A stretch of 64,000 nucleotides of DNA. Source: Candidatus Bathyarchaeia archaeon. GTDB taxonomy: Archaea; Thermoproteota; Bathyarchaeia; Bathyarchaeales; Bathycorpusculaceae. The DNA lies in the NCBI GenBank assembly GCA_038848005.1, contig JAWCNZ010000005.1:1647-65646 (forward strand). Direction: 5' to 3'. This document shows positions 43,487 through 53,324 of the stretch, in pieces. Every line of letters starts with the position of its first letter. The first letter of the stretch is position 1. The notes under the pieces were generated by a model. The model saw only the letters and a list, made by a program, of their open reading frames with translations. It did not search any database and was not told the origin of the DNA. The position numbers were made by a program, and so were the translations under genes.

Positions 43487-44854
43487 GTGAGAAGTTTGCG
43501 GTTTGACGTGGTTGTTGTTGGAGCTGGAACAGGCGGATGCCTAGCGGCGAAAACCTTGGCTGAAGCGGGTTTAAAAGTTTGTTTGGTTGAGCGGAAACCA
43601 AGCGAAGAAATTGGCGAAAAAATCTGCGGGGACGCCCTTGGGGAACACCACCTAAAAAATGTTGGTTTGGAAAAACCGCAGGGCGGCGAATTCGAAAAGA
43701 GGATTGGGGGCATAAAGATTTATTCGCCGGATTTGGAAACTGTTTTCACTGTGGAGCATGAGGATTTTGTTGGTTACACGTTGAATAGACGGCTTTTTGG
43801 TCAGTGGCTGTTAAAGAAAGCATTAGATAAAGGCGCTGTTCTTTTAGATTCAACGCAGTGCCTAGAGCCAATTGTTGAAAAAGGTTTTGTAACTGGCGTT
43901 TTTGCTAAGAACATTAAAAATGGCGAGAATATCCGTTTGGACGCCAGCGTTGTCGTGGACGCCAGCGGTTTCGTAGCTGTTATTAGAAGGAAGCTTCCGA
44001 AGGAAATGGGAATAGAAAACACAATTGCAAACGAGGACGTTGAAGCCTGTTATAGGGAGATAAGACAAATTAAAAGGGAAAATGCCGATGCGGAATACTG
44101 CGAAATTTATTTGAACCAAAAGGTAACGCCTGGAGGCTACACTTGGATTTTCCCGAAAGGCGAAGGCAAAGTTAACGTTGGTTTAGGCGTTTGTATGCGG
44201 GGCGAATTTCCAAACCCGAAAAGTCAACTTTACAGTTATGTGTTGACAAAACCGCTTTTTGAGGGCTCTCGGCTTCTAGATGGCGGAGCTTGGTATGACC
44301 CTACACGCAAGCCGTTGAGCAACATGGTTGGAAACGGCGTCGCCATAATAGGCGATGCTGCTTGCCTCGTAAACCCAATCCACGGCGGCGGCATAGGACC
44401 ATCCATGCTAAGCGGTTATTTAGTTGGAAAAACAATAGTTGAGGCTTTGGAAAAGGGCGACGTAAGCAAAAAAGCGTTGTGGCATTACAATTGTAGGTAT
44501 ATGGCTATGTACGGAACGAAACAGGCGGGATTGGACGTTTTTCGCATGTTGCTTTTAACTTGCCGAGACGAAGACTTGAATTACGGAATGAAATATAAAT
44601 TGTTGGTGGAGGAAGACGTTTTAAAAGCTGGTTTAGGCGAGGATTTCCACCTAAAAATAACGGAAACAGCCAAACGTGTTTTCAGAGGGTTAAAGCGGCT
44701 GCGTTTCGTTAATAGGCTTAGGCTTGCAGTTAACCTCATGAAACAAGTTAAAGCCCACTATAGGAATTATCCTGAAACGCCGGAGGGCTTCGCAGAATGG
44801 CAAACGAAAACAGAGGTTTTGTTTGAAACTGCAAGGGCGAAACTTATGGATTAG
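43487..44854 (+). CDS. Geranylgeranyl reductase-family flavoprotein (digeranylgeranylglycerophospholipid reductase-like)
   Basis: FAD motif DVVVVGAGTGGCLAA, ICGDALG and GDAACLVNPIHGGGI. GTG start. Confidence 0.85.
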   Translation: MRSLRFDVVVVGAGTGGCLAAKTLAEAGLKVCLVERKPSEEIGEKICGDALGEHHLKNVGLEKPQGGEFEKRIGGIKIYSPDLETVFTVEHEDFVGYTLNRRLFGQWLLKKALDKGAVLLDSTQCLEPIVEKGFVTGVFAKNIKNGENIRLDASVVVDASGFVAVIRRKLPKEMGIENTIANEDVEACYREIRQIKRENADAEYCEIYLNQKVTPGGYTWIFPKGEGKVNVGLGVCMRGEFPNPKSQLYSYVLTKPLFEGSRLLDGGAWYDPTRKPLSNMVGNGVAIIGDAACLVNPIHGGGIGPSMLSGYLVGKTIVEALEKGDVSKKALWHYNCRYMAMYGTKQAGLDVFRMLLLTCRDEDLNYGMKYKLLVEEDVLKAGLGEDFHLKITETAKRVFRGLKRLRFVNRLRLAVNLMKQVKAHYRNYPETPEGFAEWQTKTEVLFETARAKLMD

Positions 44855-44865
44855 TTGGCTTTACC

Positions 44866-45546
44866 ATGCGTGTTGCAGTTTTAGCCACAGGTGGAAAAGA
44901 CTCTACACTAGCGCTTCAAAAGGCTTTAAGCGAAGGCTACGAAGTAAAATGCCTAGTGAGCATGATTCCCTTGAGGGAGGACAGCTGGATGTTCCATTAC
45001 CCAAACATTCGTTTGGTGGATTTGTTTGCGGAAGCCGTGGAAATTCCGCTTGTGAAAGCCGAGACAGCGGGAGTTAAAGAAAGCGAAGTTGAAGATTTGA
45101 AGCGATTGGTTGAGGGGCTTGACGTTGAAGCGCTGGTTTCAGGTGCGATAGCCTCAAACTACCAAAAAACAAGGGTTGAAAACGTCTGCAGGCGGTTGGG
45201 GCTTAAATGCTTAACGCCGCTTTGGCACAAAAACCCAATGGAAATTTTATGGGAAACTGTGAACTTGAAATTCAACGTTGTAATTACTGGTGTTTACGCT
45301 TATGGTTTCAGTGCGGATTGGCTTGGAAGAAAAATTGACGGAGAAACCATAAAGGCGCTTGTGGAGTTGAATGAGCGGTATGGCGTTTCAGTTGTCGGCG
45401 AAGGCGGAGAATACGAAACCCTCGTGGTTGATGCGCCCTTCTTTAAAAAGAGGATAAGGATTCTGGAAACGGAAAAAGTTTGGAAAAACCAGAGCGGTTA
45501 CCTCTTGATTAAAAAGGCGAAACTTGAAGGCAAGCGTTCCCGATAG
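44866..45546 (+). CDS. dph6: Diphthine-ammonia ligase (Dph6/MJ0570-type ATP pyrophosphatase)
   Basis: PP-loop ATGGKDS and EGGEYETLVVDAPFF. Confidence 0.8.
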   Translation: MRVAVLATGGKDSTLALQKALSEGYEVKCLVSMIPLREDSWMFHYPNIRLVDLFAEAVEIPLVKAETAGVKESEVEDLKRLVEGLDVEALVSGAIASNYQKTRVENVCRRLGLKCLTPLWHKNPMEILWETVNLKFNVVITGVYAYGFSADWLGRKIDGETIKALVELNERYGVSVVGEGGEYETLVVDAPFFKKRIRILETEKVWKNQSGYLLIKKAKLEGKRSR

Positions 45547-45549
45547 TTT

Positions 45550-45586
45550 AAATGTCGTCGTCGAAATTTCGGAGAAAACGACATTT
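45550..45586. promoter_or_regulatory. Nested palindrome/hairpin between dph6 and the KaiC-like gene (terminator or operator candidate)
   Basis: AAATGTCGT (45550-45558) pairs with ACGACATTT (45578-45586). They enclose the perfect palindrome CGAAATTTCG (45562-45571). Confidence 0.3.
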
Positions 45587-45639
45587 GAAAGCGTGAACTT
45601 TATAGTTTCCAAAACACACGCTATTATATTGGGAAGTTT

Positions 45640-46887
45640 ATGGTTGAAGAAAAAGAAATAATAAAATTTCTCAAAACCCACGAAAACAAGGCTTCACTAA
45701 ACGAAATCGCAGAGGGACTCAACATACCAAAATATGGACCAAACTCGGCTTACGCCATCCTTCAAACGCTGAAAACAAAGGGCGTTGTGGAACGCCGAGG
45801 TGAACTTTGGGCGTTAACCGAAGAAGCGAAAATTGTGGAAACGCCCACGTCAGCCCCGGCGCAACTGAAAACAGAAGCAGCTGTTCCAGACGTGGAAACG
45901 CTCATGAAAGCCGTGGCAAAAACCCTTGCAGAGGCAATGAAAGGCGCGCAGGCTCCGCCAGACGAGTGGGAACTTGCGGCGAAACCGATGACAACGAAAA
46001 TTGAAAGGAAAGAGGATAGGCTAAGCGTTTTTGTTTTGAAGCCCGACGAAGCGCCGGAAGCCAAAAAGCCGCTGATAGGATTTCCAACAGGAACCTACAT
46101 AGACAACCTATTCCTAACACCCGAAGGGAAACCCCTAAACGGACTGCCAATATGTGGACAATTTGCAATAACTGGTTTGCCCGGCGCTGGAAAATCCATT
46201 CTCGTTGAGGAAATAGCCGTTAGGGTTGCGGCTTCTGGAAGAAAAGTTTTGTATGTAACGGCTGAGGACACGTGGAAAAGCGCGACTCCACGCTTTGACC
46301 TTCAATCCCGCCTAAAACAGAAAGCCGAAATTTTAGGTTTAGACTGGAATAGGATACGCGAGAACCTTTTTGTGCTTGACACTGTGGCTTTTCCGGAGCT
46401 CCGCGACTGGAACACGTTTGCGGAAACGTACAGGTACGTTGCCGAAAAAGAAAAGGTGGAGCTTGTTATAATTGATTCTGTAACGGTGCTGGAAGCCTAT
46501 CGAGGCGCATTGAAATATCGTGTTATGGAGTTAGCCCGTTACAACCAAGTCCACGGCGTAACGGCGCTTTACGTTAACCAGCGAAGCTCAGAGGTTTGGG
46601 ACAGCTACGACATGGCTGGAGGCATAGGCTTAGCCCACAACCTAGACGGAACAATAATAGTGGATTACGGACGCGTTTACTGGCAGGACCAACAGGTGGA
46701 TTTAGCCGCGGAAAGAGGCGAATTCGTGCGCATATCAAGGGTTTTAGATTGTAGAATTTGTAATTTTGAAAGGAGAAGGATAAGGGTTGACATAACGCCA
46801 GAAGGCTTTTTAAGGGCTGTGGAACCCATACCGAAAACTGCACAACCAAAAATAATAACAGAGAAAAACGAAAATGTCGCTGGTTAA
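45640..46887 (+). CDS. wHTH plus KaiC/RecA-superfamily ATPase (aRadC-like)
   Basis: N-terminal winged-helix (LNEIAEGLNIPKYGPNSAYAILQTLKTKGVVERRG), an Ala/Pro/Glu linker, Walker A GLPGAGKS and Walker B LVIIDSV. Confidence 0.75.
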   Translation: MVEEKEIIKFLKTHENKASLNEIAEGLNIPKYGPNSAYAILQTLKTKGVVERRGELWALTEEAKIVETPTSAPAQLKTEAAVPDVETLMKAVAKTLAEAMKGAQAPPDEWELAAKPMTTKIERKEDRLSVFVLKPDEAPEAKKPLIGFPTGTYIDNLFLTPEGKPLNGLPICGQFAITGLPGAGKSILVEEIAVRVAASGRKVLYVTAEDTWKSATPRFDLQSRLKQKAEILGLDWNRIRENLFVLDTVAFPELRDWNTFAETYRYVAEKEKVELVIIDSVTVLEAYRGALKYRVMELARYNQVHGVTALYVNQRSSEVWDSYDMAGGIGLAHNLDGTIIVDYGRVYWQDQQVDLAAERGEFVRISRVLDCRICNFERRRIRVDITPEGFLRAVEPIPKTAQPKIITEKNENVAG

Positions 46888-48670
46888 ACCGCCGTCGTTT
46901 GAAGAATTAACCAAAACATACGGCTCAGAAGAAAAGGCGGTGCTACGCCTAATCGAAACGGGCTTCTCACCTGAACAAATAGAGTGGAGAACGGGCGTAC
47001 CATACTATCGCATAAGGCTTTACATGGAAGGCGTAAAACCAAACATAAAAACGCCGTTCACGAAAATAGTTGAGGTTTACGAGCGCCTAGCAATTTTACG
47101 TGGAAAAAAGGGCAAAGAAACAGAACTCGCCAAATTCTTCCAAAACCAAGATTTACCCTTGGGAATTAAAGCCCGCTTTGCACTTGGAATTTTAACAGAA
47201 GAAAACTTGAAGGTCGGTCCGGGACTAATTGAAAAATGCATAAGCCACGCAACGGGAACAGCTTTAAGCGAAGTTAGAAAACTACTAATTGATTATGGAG
47301 AACACGGCGAAGTTGCTTACCTGCTTGGAAAACCAGCGGATCCACAGTTAACCGTCGGAGAAGTTTACGAGGCGGTTAGGCTTCTGCCAAAACTTAAAAA
47401 GGTTTTGGAACGTGAACTCCACATTTCAAGCCTTCTGCGGATAAGCACGCCGACAGAAGCCAAATACATCGTTAGGCTTTTGCTTGGAGATTTAAAGCTT
47501 GGCTATTACGTCAGCGCGGTTGTCAGAGCCGTGGCAAAAGCCTATGGAGTACCGCCTGAACTAATCGAAAAGGCCGGCGCAATACTTGGTTTGCCAGAAG
47601 CCCTCACGTTGGCGTCGGAAGGCGCACTCAAAATTTCAGAGGTTAAAATGCGTCCCGGACAATTCATTAAGCCCCAACTTGCCCATCTTTACGAGCCGGA
47701 CAAAGTTGTTTATCCAGCCAGAGCTGAATACAAGCTTGACGGAAGCCGACTGCAAATTCACAAGTGGGGCGCAAAAGTTTGGCTTTACTCCAGAAGAGGA
47801 ATAGAAAAATCTCAGACACTGCCGGAAATCGTGCAAACCGCCGAAAAATTCAACGCTCATAGCTGCATCGTCGACGGTGAAGTTTTAGCTGTAGACCAGT
47901 TTGGAAATCCATTGCCCTTTCAGTTTTTGCTTGAAAGAACCGTTCCGAAGGAGCTTACACCGGAAGAGCTGGAAAAACGCAAGGGCAAAGTTGGCGTTAC
48001 GTTTAAGGCTTTTGACATACTTTTCCTAAACGGTCGAGAACTTGTTGGTTTGCCGCTTTCGGCTAGGCGAAATTACCTTTTAAGCGTTGTTCCAGCCGAA
48101 AACGTCGTTGAAGGCGTGGACTGCCAAAACGAAGTTGAACTTATGCGTTTTTACGAGGAAGCCTTAAACAAAAAGTTTGAGGGAATAATCGTCAAAAACT
48201 TGAATTCGCCATACGAAATTGGACAGCGCACCTACACGTGGCTTAAGCTAAAGCCCGAACGCGACACAATAGACTGCACAATAGTAAAAGCCCTATACGG
48301 AAAAGGCAAAAGAGCAGGTTTATACTCCTCCTTCCTTTTGGCGGTTAGGGACCCAACGGAAAAAAGGCTTTACACAATTGGAAAAGTTTCAAACTTGCCA
48401 GAGGAAACCATGGATGCCCTTGCCACAATAATTGAAAACAACAGGAAAAGCGAAGATGTGGAAGGCGTATTTGTAAAGCCAACATTGGTTGTGGAAGTTA
48501 CATACCAAGAAATTCAAGAAACAGACGAGTACACAAGCGGTTACGCTTTAAGAGTGCCAAAAATAGTGAGGTTCAGAACGGACAAAACAATAAACGAAAT
48601 AGACAGCACAGAAAAACTGAAGAGGCTTTACGAGTTGCAGTATGAACGCTATCCAACACAGACAATTTAG
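46874..48670 (+). CDS. lig: ATP-dependent DNA ligase with an N-terminal extension of about 55 aa
   Basis: Adenylation motif AEYKLDGSRLQIH, EGIIVK, and a C-terminal OB domain. ATG 46874 overlaps the upstream stop by 14 nt; ATG 47024 is an alternative start. Confidence 0.9.
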   Translation: MSLVKPPSFEELTKTYGSEEKAVLRLIETGFSPEQIEWRTGVPYYRIRLYMEGVKPNIKTPFTKIVEVYERLAILRGKKGKETELAKFFQNQDLPLGIKARFALGILTEENLKVGPGLIEKCISHATGTALSEVRKLLIDYGEHGEVAYLLGKPADPQLTVGEVYEAVRLLPKLKKVLERELHISSLLRISTPTEAKYIVRLLLGDLKLGYYVSAVVRAVAKAYGVPPELIEKAGAILGLPEALTLASEGALKISEVKMRPGQFIKPQLAHLYEPDKVVYPARAEYKLDGSRLQIHKWGAKVWLYSRRGIEKSQTLPEIVQTAEKFNAHSCIVDGEVLAVDQFGNPLPFQFLLERTVPKELTPEELEKRKGKVGVTFKAFDILFLNGRELVGLPLSARRNYLLSVVPAENVVEGVDCQNEVELMRFYEEALNKKFEGIIVKNLNSPYEIGQRTYTWLKLKPERDTIDCTIVKALYGKGKRAGLYSSFLLAVRDPTEKRLYTIGKVSNLPEETMDALATIIENNRKSEDVEGVFVKPTLVVEVTYQEIQETDEYTSGYALRVPKIVRFRTDKTINEIDSTEKLKRLYELQYERYPTQTI

Positions 48671-48680
48671 CCAAAAACGC

Positions 48681-49202
48681 CTAAAACCTTCTTACGCCAA
48701 AAAATGAAGCGTACGGCTGGAGAAAGCCCATGTCCGCCGTGGTTTTAAGCTGTTGACCGCGCTTTCCCAAAGCGATTTCCACAAACTCTTTTAGGGTTTG
48801 GTTGGCGAACTCCCAAGTTGGCGTTCCAAACTGCAAACCATTACACGCAGAATCAGCATAAACGTAAAATTTGCTTTCGCCATAACAGTATTCGGCTTCA
48901 CGTGCATAACCAAATTTCGGCTTGCCGAGAACCTTGAAAGGCCAAAGCTTACAAGCTTTTGGCTTCATGTGCTGCAACCCGCATAAGTGCATGTTTGAAA
49001 GGCGATGTAAGAAAACGCATGAGCCGTCGCTGTTCTTTTTAAGGTAAAGCTTATCCAAACCAGAAACCGTTTTCTCCACGCCATAGTTTTTAACAATTGT
49101 CAACCATTCTGGAAAAGTTAAAACAACAACGTAAGCTTTACAACATACGCCGCATGCGGTGCATTTCCAGTCTGCAATGTACCGCCACGGAACAAACAAC
49201 AT
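48681..49202 (-). CDS. YkgJ-family Cys-cluster protein (CxxCxxCC)
   Basis: CTACGVCCK motif near the N-terminus plus further Cys residues. Confidence 0.65.
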   Translation of the reverse strand: MLFVPWRYIADWKCTACGVCCKAYVVVLTFPEWLTIVKNYGVEKTVSGLDKLYLKKNSDGSCVFLHRLSNMHLCGLQHMKPKACKLWPFKVLGKPKFGYAREAEYCYGESKFYVYADSACNGLQFGTPTWEFANQTLKEFVEIALGKRGQQLKTTADMGFLQPYASFFGVRRF

Positions 49203-49241
49203 TTCACATCAAAATTTTAGGAACAGCCTTTTCTTAAAAAT

Positions 49242-49715
49242 CTATTTCCTATACAGATAAATCGTGTGGGAAGGATACCCTAAACTTGGGTTTTCACAGA
49301 AATTCACAACTTTAACTGGTTTCCACCCCACAATTTCATAATCATGCGAAACAACGCGCACTCCGGGCTTAAGTTCAGCTTCAAGTTTAGGCTTAATCTT
49401 TTCGTTTGCGCTTGTAGTCAAATACAAGAAAACAACGTCGGCGGAGTTCAAATCCACATTAAACATGTCATCGTTAACTATGGTTACTCTGTCCTGCAAA
49501 CCCTGCTCGTAAACTGCGCTTAAAGCCTTTTTCACAAGGTCTTCCCGTAGTTCAACGCCTATGGCTCTTGCGCCGAAATCTTTTGCAGCCATTATGACGG
49601 TTCTGCCGTCTCCAGCGCCTAAATCAAAGAAAACTTCTCGGGGTTTTAATTCAGCCAAAATAAGCATTTGACGAATAACTTGCGGTGGACTTGGAACATA
49701 CGGCGCCACATACAT
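49242..49715 (-). CDS. Class I SAM-dependent methyltransferase
   Basis: Motif I VFFDLGAGDGR. 157 aa. Confidence 0.75.
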   Translation of the reverse strand: MYVAPYVPSPPQVIRQMLILAELKPREVFFDLGAGDGRTVIMAAKDFGARAIGVELREDLVKKALSAVYEQGLQDRVTIVNDDMFNVDLNSADVVFLYLTTSANEKIKPKLEAELKPGVRVVSHDYEIVGWKPVKVVNFCENPSLGYPSHTIYLYRK

Positions 49716-49790
49716 TTCAAACGCCCCGCACAGTTTGGCTGGTTCTGGTTTAAATCCAATTACGGCTACTCATTTAAAGATTTTCCGCAT

Positions 49791-50117
49791 TTAAGCAACA
49801 TAAGTCGCCTTTTTAGGTGTCGGCCTTCTAGATTCTCCACATTTCATGCAACTTTGAGCGCACAATTCCAGATACTTTACCTCATCGCCAGAGCCTATGC
49901 TTTCAGCAGCCTTACGGCACAGCTCACTTGCATCTCGGCACTCACGCTCTTGACAAAGTTTTGATATGAAAAGGCAAGCTTCCTGAACATCTTTAGGCTC
50001 TAACACAGCCCTATTCGTACGGATGAGTAGGCAAAGTTCCCTAGCCAAAACACATGTTTGAATGTACTTGAACCTTTCAAGAACCTCTTCCCGCAGTCTT
50101 TTTCGGCTTACTTCCAA
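49791..50117 (-). CDS. Cys-rich helical protein, function unknown
   Basis: 108 aa with roughly evenly spaced Cys residues in predicted helices. No confident family assignment. Confidence 0.35.
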   Translation of the reverse strand: MEVSRKRLREEVLERFKYIQTCVLARELCLLIRTNRAVLEPKDVQEACLFISKLCQERECRDASELCRKAAESIGSGDEVKYLELCAQSCMKCGESRRPTPKKATYVA

Positions 50118-50200
50118 ACTGTCATTCTCCTAGTAACGGCAAACGTTACTCACGCAGAAGTAAGCAAGCTTTCATTTAAAAGTTGTTGTAAGTCGCAACG

Positions 50201-53077
50201 TCACCAGAACCTTTTAGTGAGCGCTTTGCGTTCAGCTTCGAGGACAAGCTCATAAAACCTTTCATTAAGTCCTTCCTCCTCTTCAAGAATTTCCTTAACG
50301 TCTGATGGCTGAACCTTTTTGGCACACAACGCAACAACAGCAGCCTTTCCATGCTTCGCTATTAACTGTGCTGTTTGTAATGCTTGCCTATGGAGTTTTT
50401 CCTCGCTTTTTGTAAGTTTTTCGCCCTTCTTCTCTATGAGGGGAAGCGCTTTTTCCTCTTCAACCTTCAAAAGCCCAATGGCGTGTGAGCCACACCTTGG
50501 ACATTTCGGTTTGTCCGGCAAATCTTTTACACGTATCATCTCCATGTAACCCCAACAGTTTGTACACACGAAATTGCATGTTTCGTTAAGCAGCCTAGCC
50601 TTCACAGACTCTACAAGCACGGCGCGCATCCTTTCGGGAGGAATCAAATCCGTTTTCATGCTGACACGTTCAATGCCGACGCGGGCGACAGGCGTTGCAG
50701 TTCCGCCAGTTTCAACCTTTTGCAACTGAATTTCGCCGCTTCGAATTTTATCCAAAACATAAACAAGCCTTTCCACATCCAAATCCTTAGTGAAAACTTC
50801 TTTGAGAGCTTCCTCAAAAATGGGCGTATCCTCAAAACTTTTAATCAGTTTTTGAAGGCTCACGTTGCTGAAGTCAGCCCATTTCTGCAAAGCTCCAAAA
50901 CGCCTTGCCACGTGAATCATTCTCCTCTTGAAAAGTCCAGTTTTCACGGTTGCCCTTGTCAAAGTGTCCCTTACGGTTTGATCCGACATCGCACAAATCT
51001 CATTGAATAAGGCGAGTATTTGGTCTGCGCTTACGGCGCCCATGGTCTGCACAAAAATGCGGTATGGATCGTGTTGAACGACGACGCTGTACCCAATTTT
51101 TTCGGATAGGAGTTGCCCAACCAGTTGGGCTAGGGCTCTGTTCGTAAGCGAACCGAAGTTGGCGTGGATTATCACGAACTCCTCCCAATCTTCGACTATT
51201 ATTCGCTTATCCGTCGGCACTGGAAGCCCAGCGCTTATTTGCTCTATGGTTTCAGCTAAAGCACGTAGAAGGGTATCCCTATCAGCGGGATACTCTTCGC
51301 CTAGCTTGGCGGCTATTTCCTCTGGAGAACAGCCACTATGCATTTGCTCTTCAACAAAACCTCTGATTGCGCCGACTTCCTGCGCCACTTCAAAAGGCAC
51401 GGGAATTTCCTCGCCTATCCAGCTTGGTATAGCCCCAGTTGGATCGTCAACTGGTTTAACATACACTTTCTCCTCTGAAACATGGAGAATCCGCCAGGGG
51501 CTTCCCCTAATAATGAATTTTATTCCAGGCTTGCCATACTCTGCCATAAAAGCCTCGTCCAAAACTCCTATGGCGGAATCAGACGAGTCATCAACAACTA
51601 AAAACTGTTTTTCTTCGGGTATCATAGACAAATTGTCAAAGTAATATTCGAAAAGGGCTTTTGTTCGCTTAGGCTTTAAAACAACTTTGTCCTCAAAGGA
51701 AACCCAAGCCAAACGTGGAAAACGCTGATGCATATACCTAAGGATTTTTTCAATGTCTTTTAGGGTTAAATCCTTGTATGGATAAGCGTTTCGGAAAATT
51801 TCCAGAATTTCGTTGAACTCAAGTCGCTTATTCTTTAGCAGTAAACCAGCTATTTGATGGGCTAAAACATCGTAGGGCTTATGTGGAATTTCAACGGGCT
51901 CCAAATCCTCTTTTAAGGCTTTTTGGGCTATGGCTAAAGCCTCCAAAGTGTCGTCGGAATCCATCGCAACAACAACGCCTTCGGCTATGTGTCCAACCCT
52001 GTGCCCGCTTCTGCCAACACGCTGAATAAGACGGGTAACCTGCCGCGGACTCATATACTGGATTACTAGGTCGATCCTGCCGACATCTATGCCCAACTCG
52101 AGACTGCTTGTGCAAACAAGCCCCTTCAACTCGCCGTTTTTCAAGCCTCTTTCAGCGGCTATGCGCGAGGGCTTCGCAAGCGAGCCGTGATGGATTGAAA
52201 CTGGAAAGTCTATGTCCCAAACCTTGAACCTGCTCGCCAAAACCTCAGATATAGCGCGGGTGTTCGTGAACAAAAGCACAGACCTATGCCCACTAATATA
52301 GTCACGGATTATCCTTAATCTAGCGGCAACTTCAGGATGCGTATAAAGTTTTTCTGCAAGCCTAAAATCTTCATCTGTTGGTTCTGGAAAAACAATTTTT
52401 AGCTGCATCATCCTCGCAACTGGAACACGGACAATTTCGACGTTTTTGCCATTGCCGACGAGAAAATGCGCCACTTTTTCGGGACTGCCAATAGTGGCGG
52501 ATAAACCAATTATTTGAAAGTCTCTGCCAATCATCGCCCTAAGCCGTTCCAAAGCCAACGCAAGCTGGCTCCCACGTTTACTGTCAGCCATCTCGTGAAC
52601 TTCGTCAATTATTACCCAACGCACTTGCTGCAGATGTTGACGCATAATCCAACCAGACAATATAGCCTGCAAGGTTTCAGGCGTTGTTATTAAAATGTCA
52701 GGCGGGCTTCTGGCTTGTCTTGTTCGCTCTCTTGTTTCGGTGTCGCCGTGCCTAACAGCCAATTTAATGTCTAAATTGTTACACCACCACTCAAGCCTCT
52801 CCAACATATCACGGTTCAAAGCCCTTAAAGGAGTAATATATAAAACTTTAATGCCTGGCGTTCTTTGTTCCTGCAACAGCATACTTAAAACTGGTAGGAA
52901 AGCGGCTTCAGTTTTGCCCGTAGCCGTCGGCGAAATAAGCAGAACATTTTTGCCCTCAAGAATTTTTGGTATGGTTCTTTCTTGAGGTTCTGTAGGTTTA
53001 GAGAACCCCCGCTGCTCAACGAGCCTTCGAACGGGCTTAACAAGCATGTCAAAAGCATTTTGGGATGTGTCTTTCAA
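50201..53077 (-). CDS. lhr: Lhr-family superfamily-2 DNA/RNA helicase
   Basis: SPTATGKT Walker A, DEVHE box, TSSLELGID, QRVGRSGH, and a C-terminal zinc ribbon (CTNC...CPRC). 958 aa. Confidence 0.88.
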   Translation of the reverse strand: MKDTSQNAFDMLVKPVRRLVEQRGFSKPTEPQERTIPKILEGKNVLLISPTATGKTEAAFLPVLSMLLQEQRTPGIKVLYITPLRALNRDMLERLEWWCNNLDIKLAVRHGDTETRERTRQARSPPDILITTPETLQAILSGWIMRQHLQQVRWVIIDEVHEMADSKRGSQLALALERLRAMIGRDFQIIGLSATIGSPEKVAHFLVGNGKNVEIVRVPVARMMQLKIVFPEPTDEDFRLAEKLYTHPEVAARLRIIRDYISGHRSVLLFTNTRAISEVLASRFKVWDIDFPVSIHHGSLAKPSRIAAERGLKNGELKGLVCTSSLELGIDVGRIDLVIQYMSPRQVTRLIQRVGRSGHRVGHIAEGVVVAMDSDDTLEALAIAQKALKEDLEPVEIPHKPYDVLAHQIAGLLLKNKRLEFNEILEIFRNAYPYKDLTLKDIEKILRYMHQRFPRLAWVSFEDKVVLKPKRTKALFEYYFDNLSMIPEEKQFLVVDDSSDSAIGVLDEAFMAEYGKPGIKFIIRGSPWRILHVSEEKVYVKPVDDPTGAIPSWIGEEIPVPFEVAQEVGAIRGFVEEQMHSGCSPEEIAAKLGEEYPADRDTLLRALAETIEQISAGLPVPTDKRIIVEDWEEFVIIHANFGSLTNRALAQLVGQLLSEKIGYSVVVQHDPYRIFVQTMGAVSADQILALFNEICAMSDQTVRDTLTRATVKTGLFKRRMIHVARRFGALQKWADFSNVSLQKLIKSFEDTPIFEEALKEVFTKDLDVERLVYVLDKIRSGEIQLQKVETGGTATPVARVGIERVSMKTDLIPPERMRAVLVESVKARLLNETCNFVCTNCWGYMEMIRVKDLPDKPKCPRCGSHAIGLLKVEEEKALPLIEKKGEKLTKSEEKLHRQALQTAQLIAKHGKAAVVALCAKKVQPSDVKEILEEEEGLNERFYELVLEAERKALTKRFW

Positions 53078-53324
53078 GAGTAGTTAAACCTCGAATGCCA
53101 AAAGAATAAGCATAAACTCACAAGTAAAAGCATTTTGGAAAACGCTTTGAAGGTGAACGTCTACTTCCATCAACGCAAAGAAATTACTGTAATTATTACA
53201 TTTTATAACATGTATATTGGTGTTATTTGAAAAAATTCCAAAGCTTTTCATAAAAAGTTTATAACATAGACTGCACTTTAATCAAAAAGGTGAAACGAGG
53301 AGGCGATAAACCATCCAAAAAAGC

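Noticed and set aside
43432-43713. A Pro/Ser-rich 93-aa minus-strand ORF overlapping the geranylgeranyl reductase start.
   Set aside because: It is antisense to the FAD-binding N-terminus of a strongly supported gene and has no motifs.
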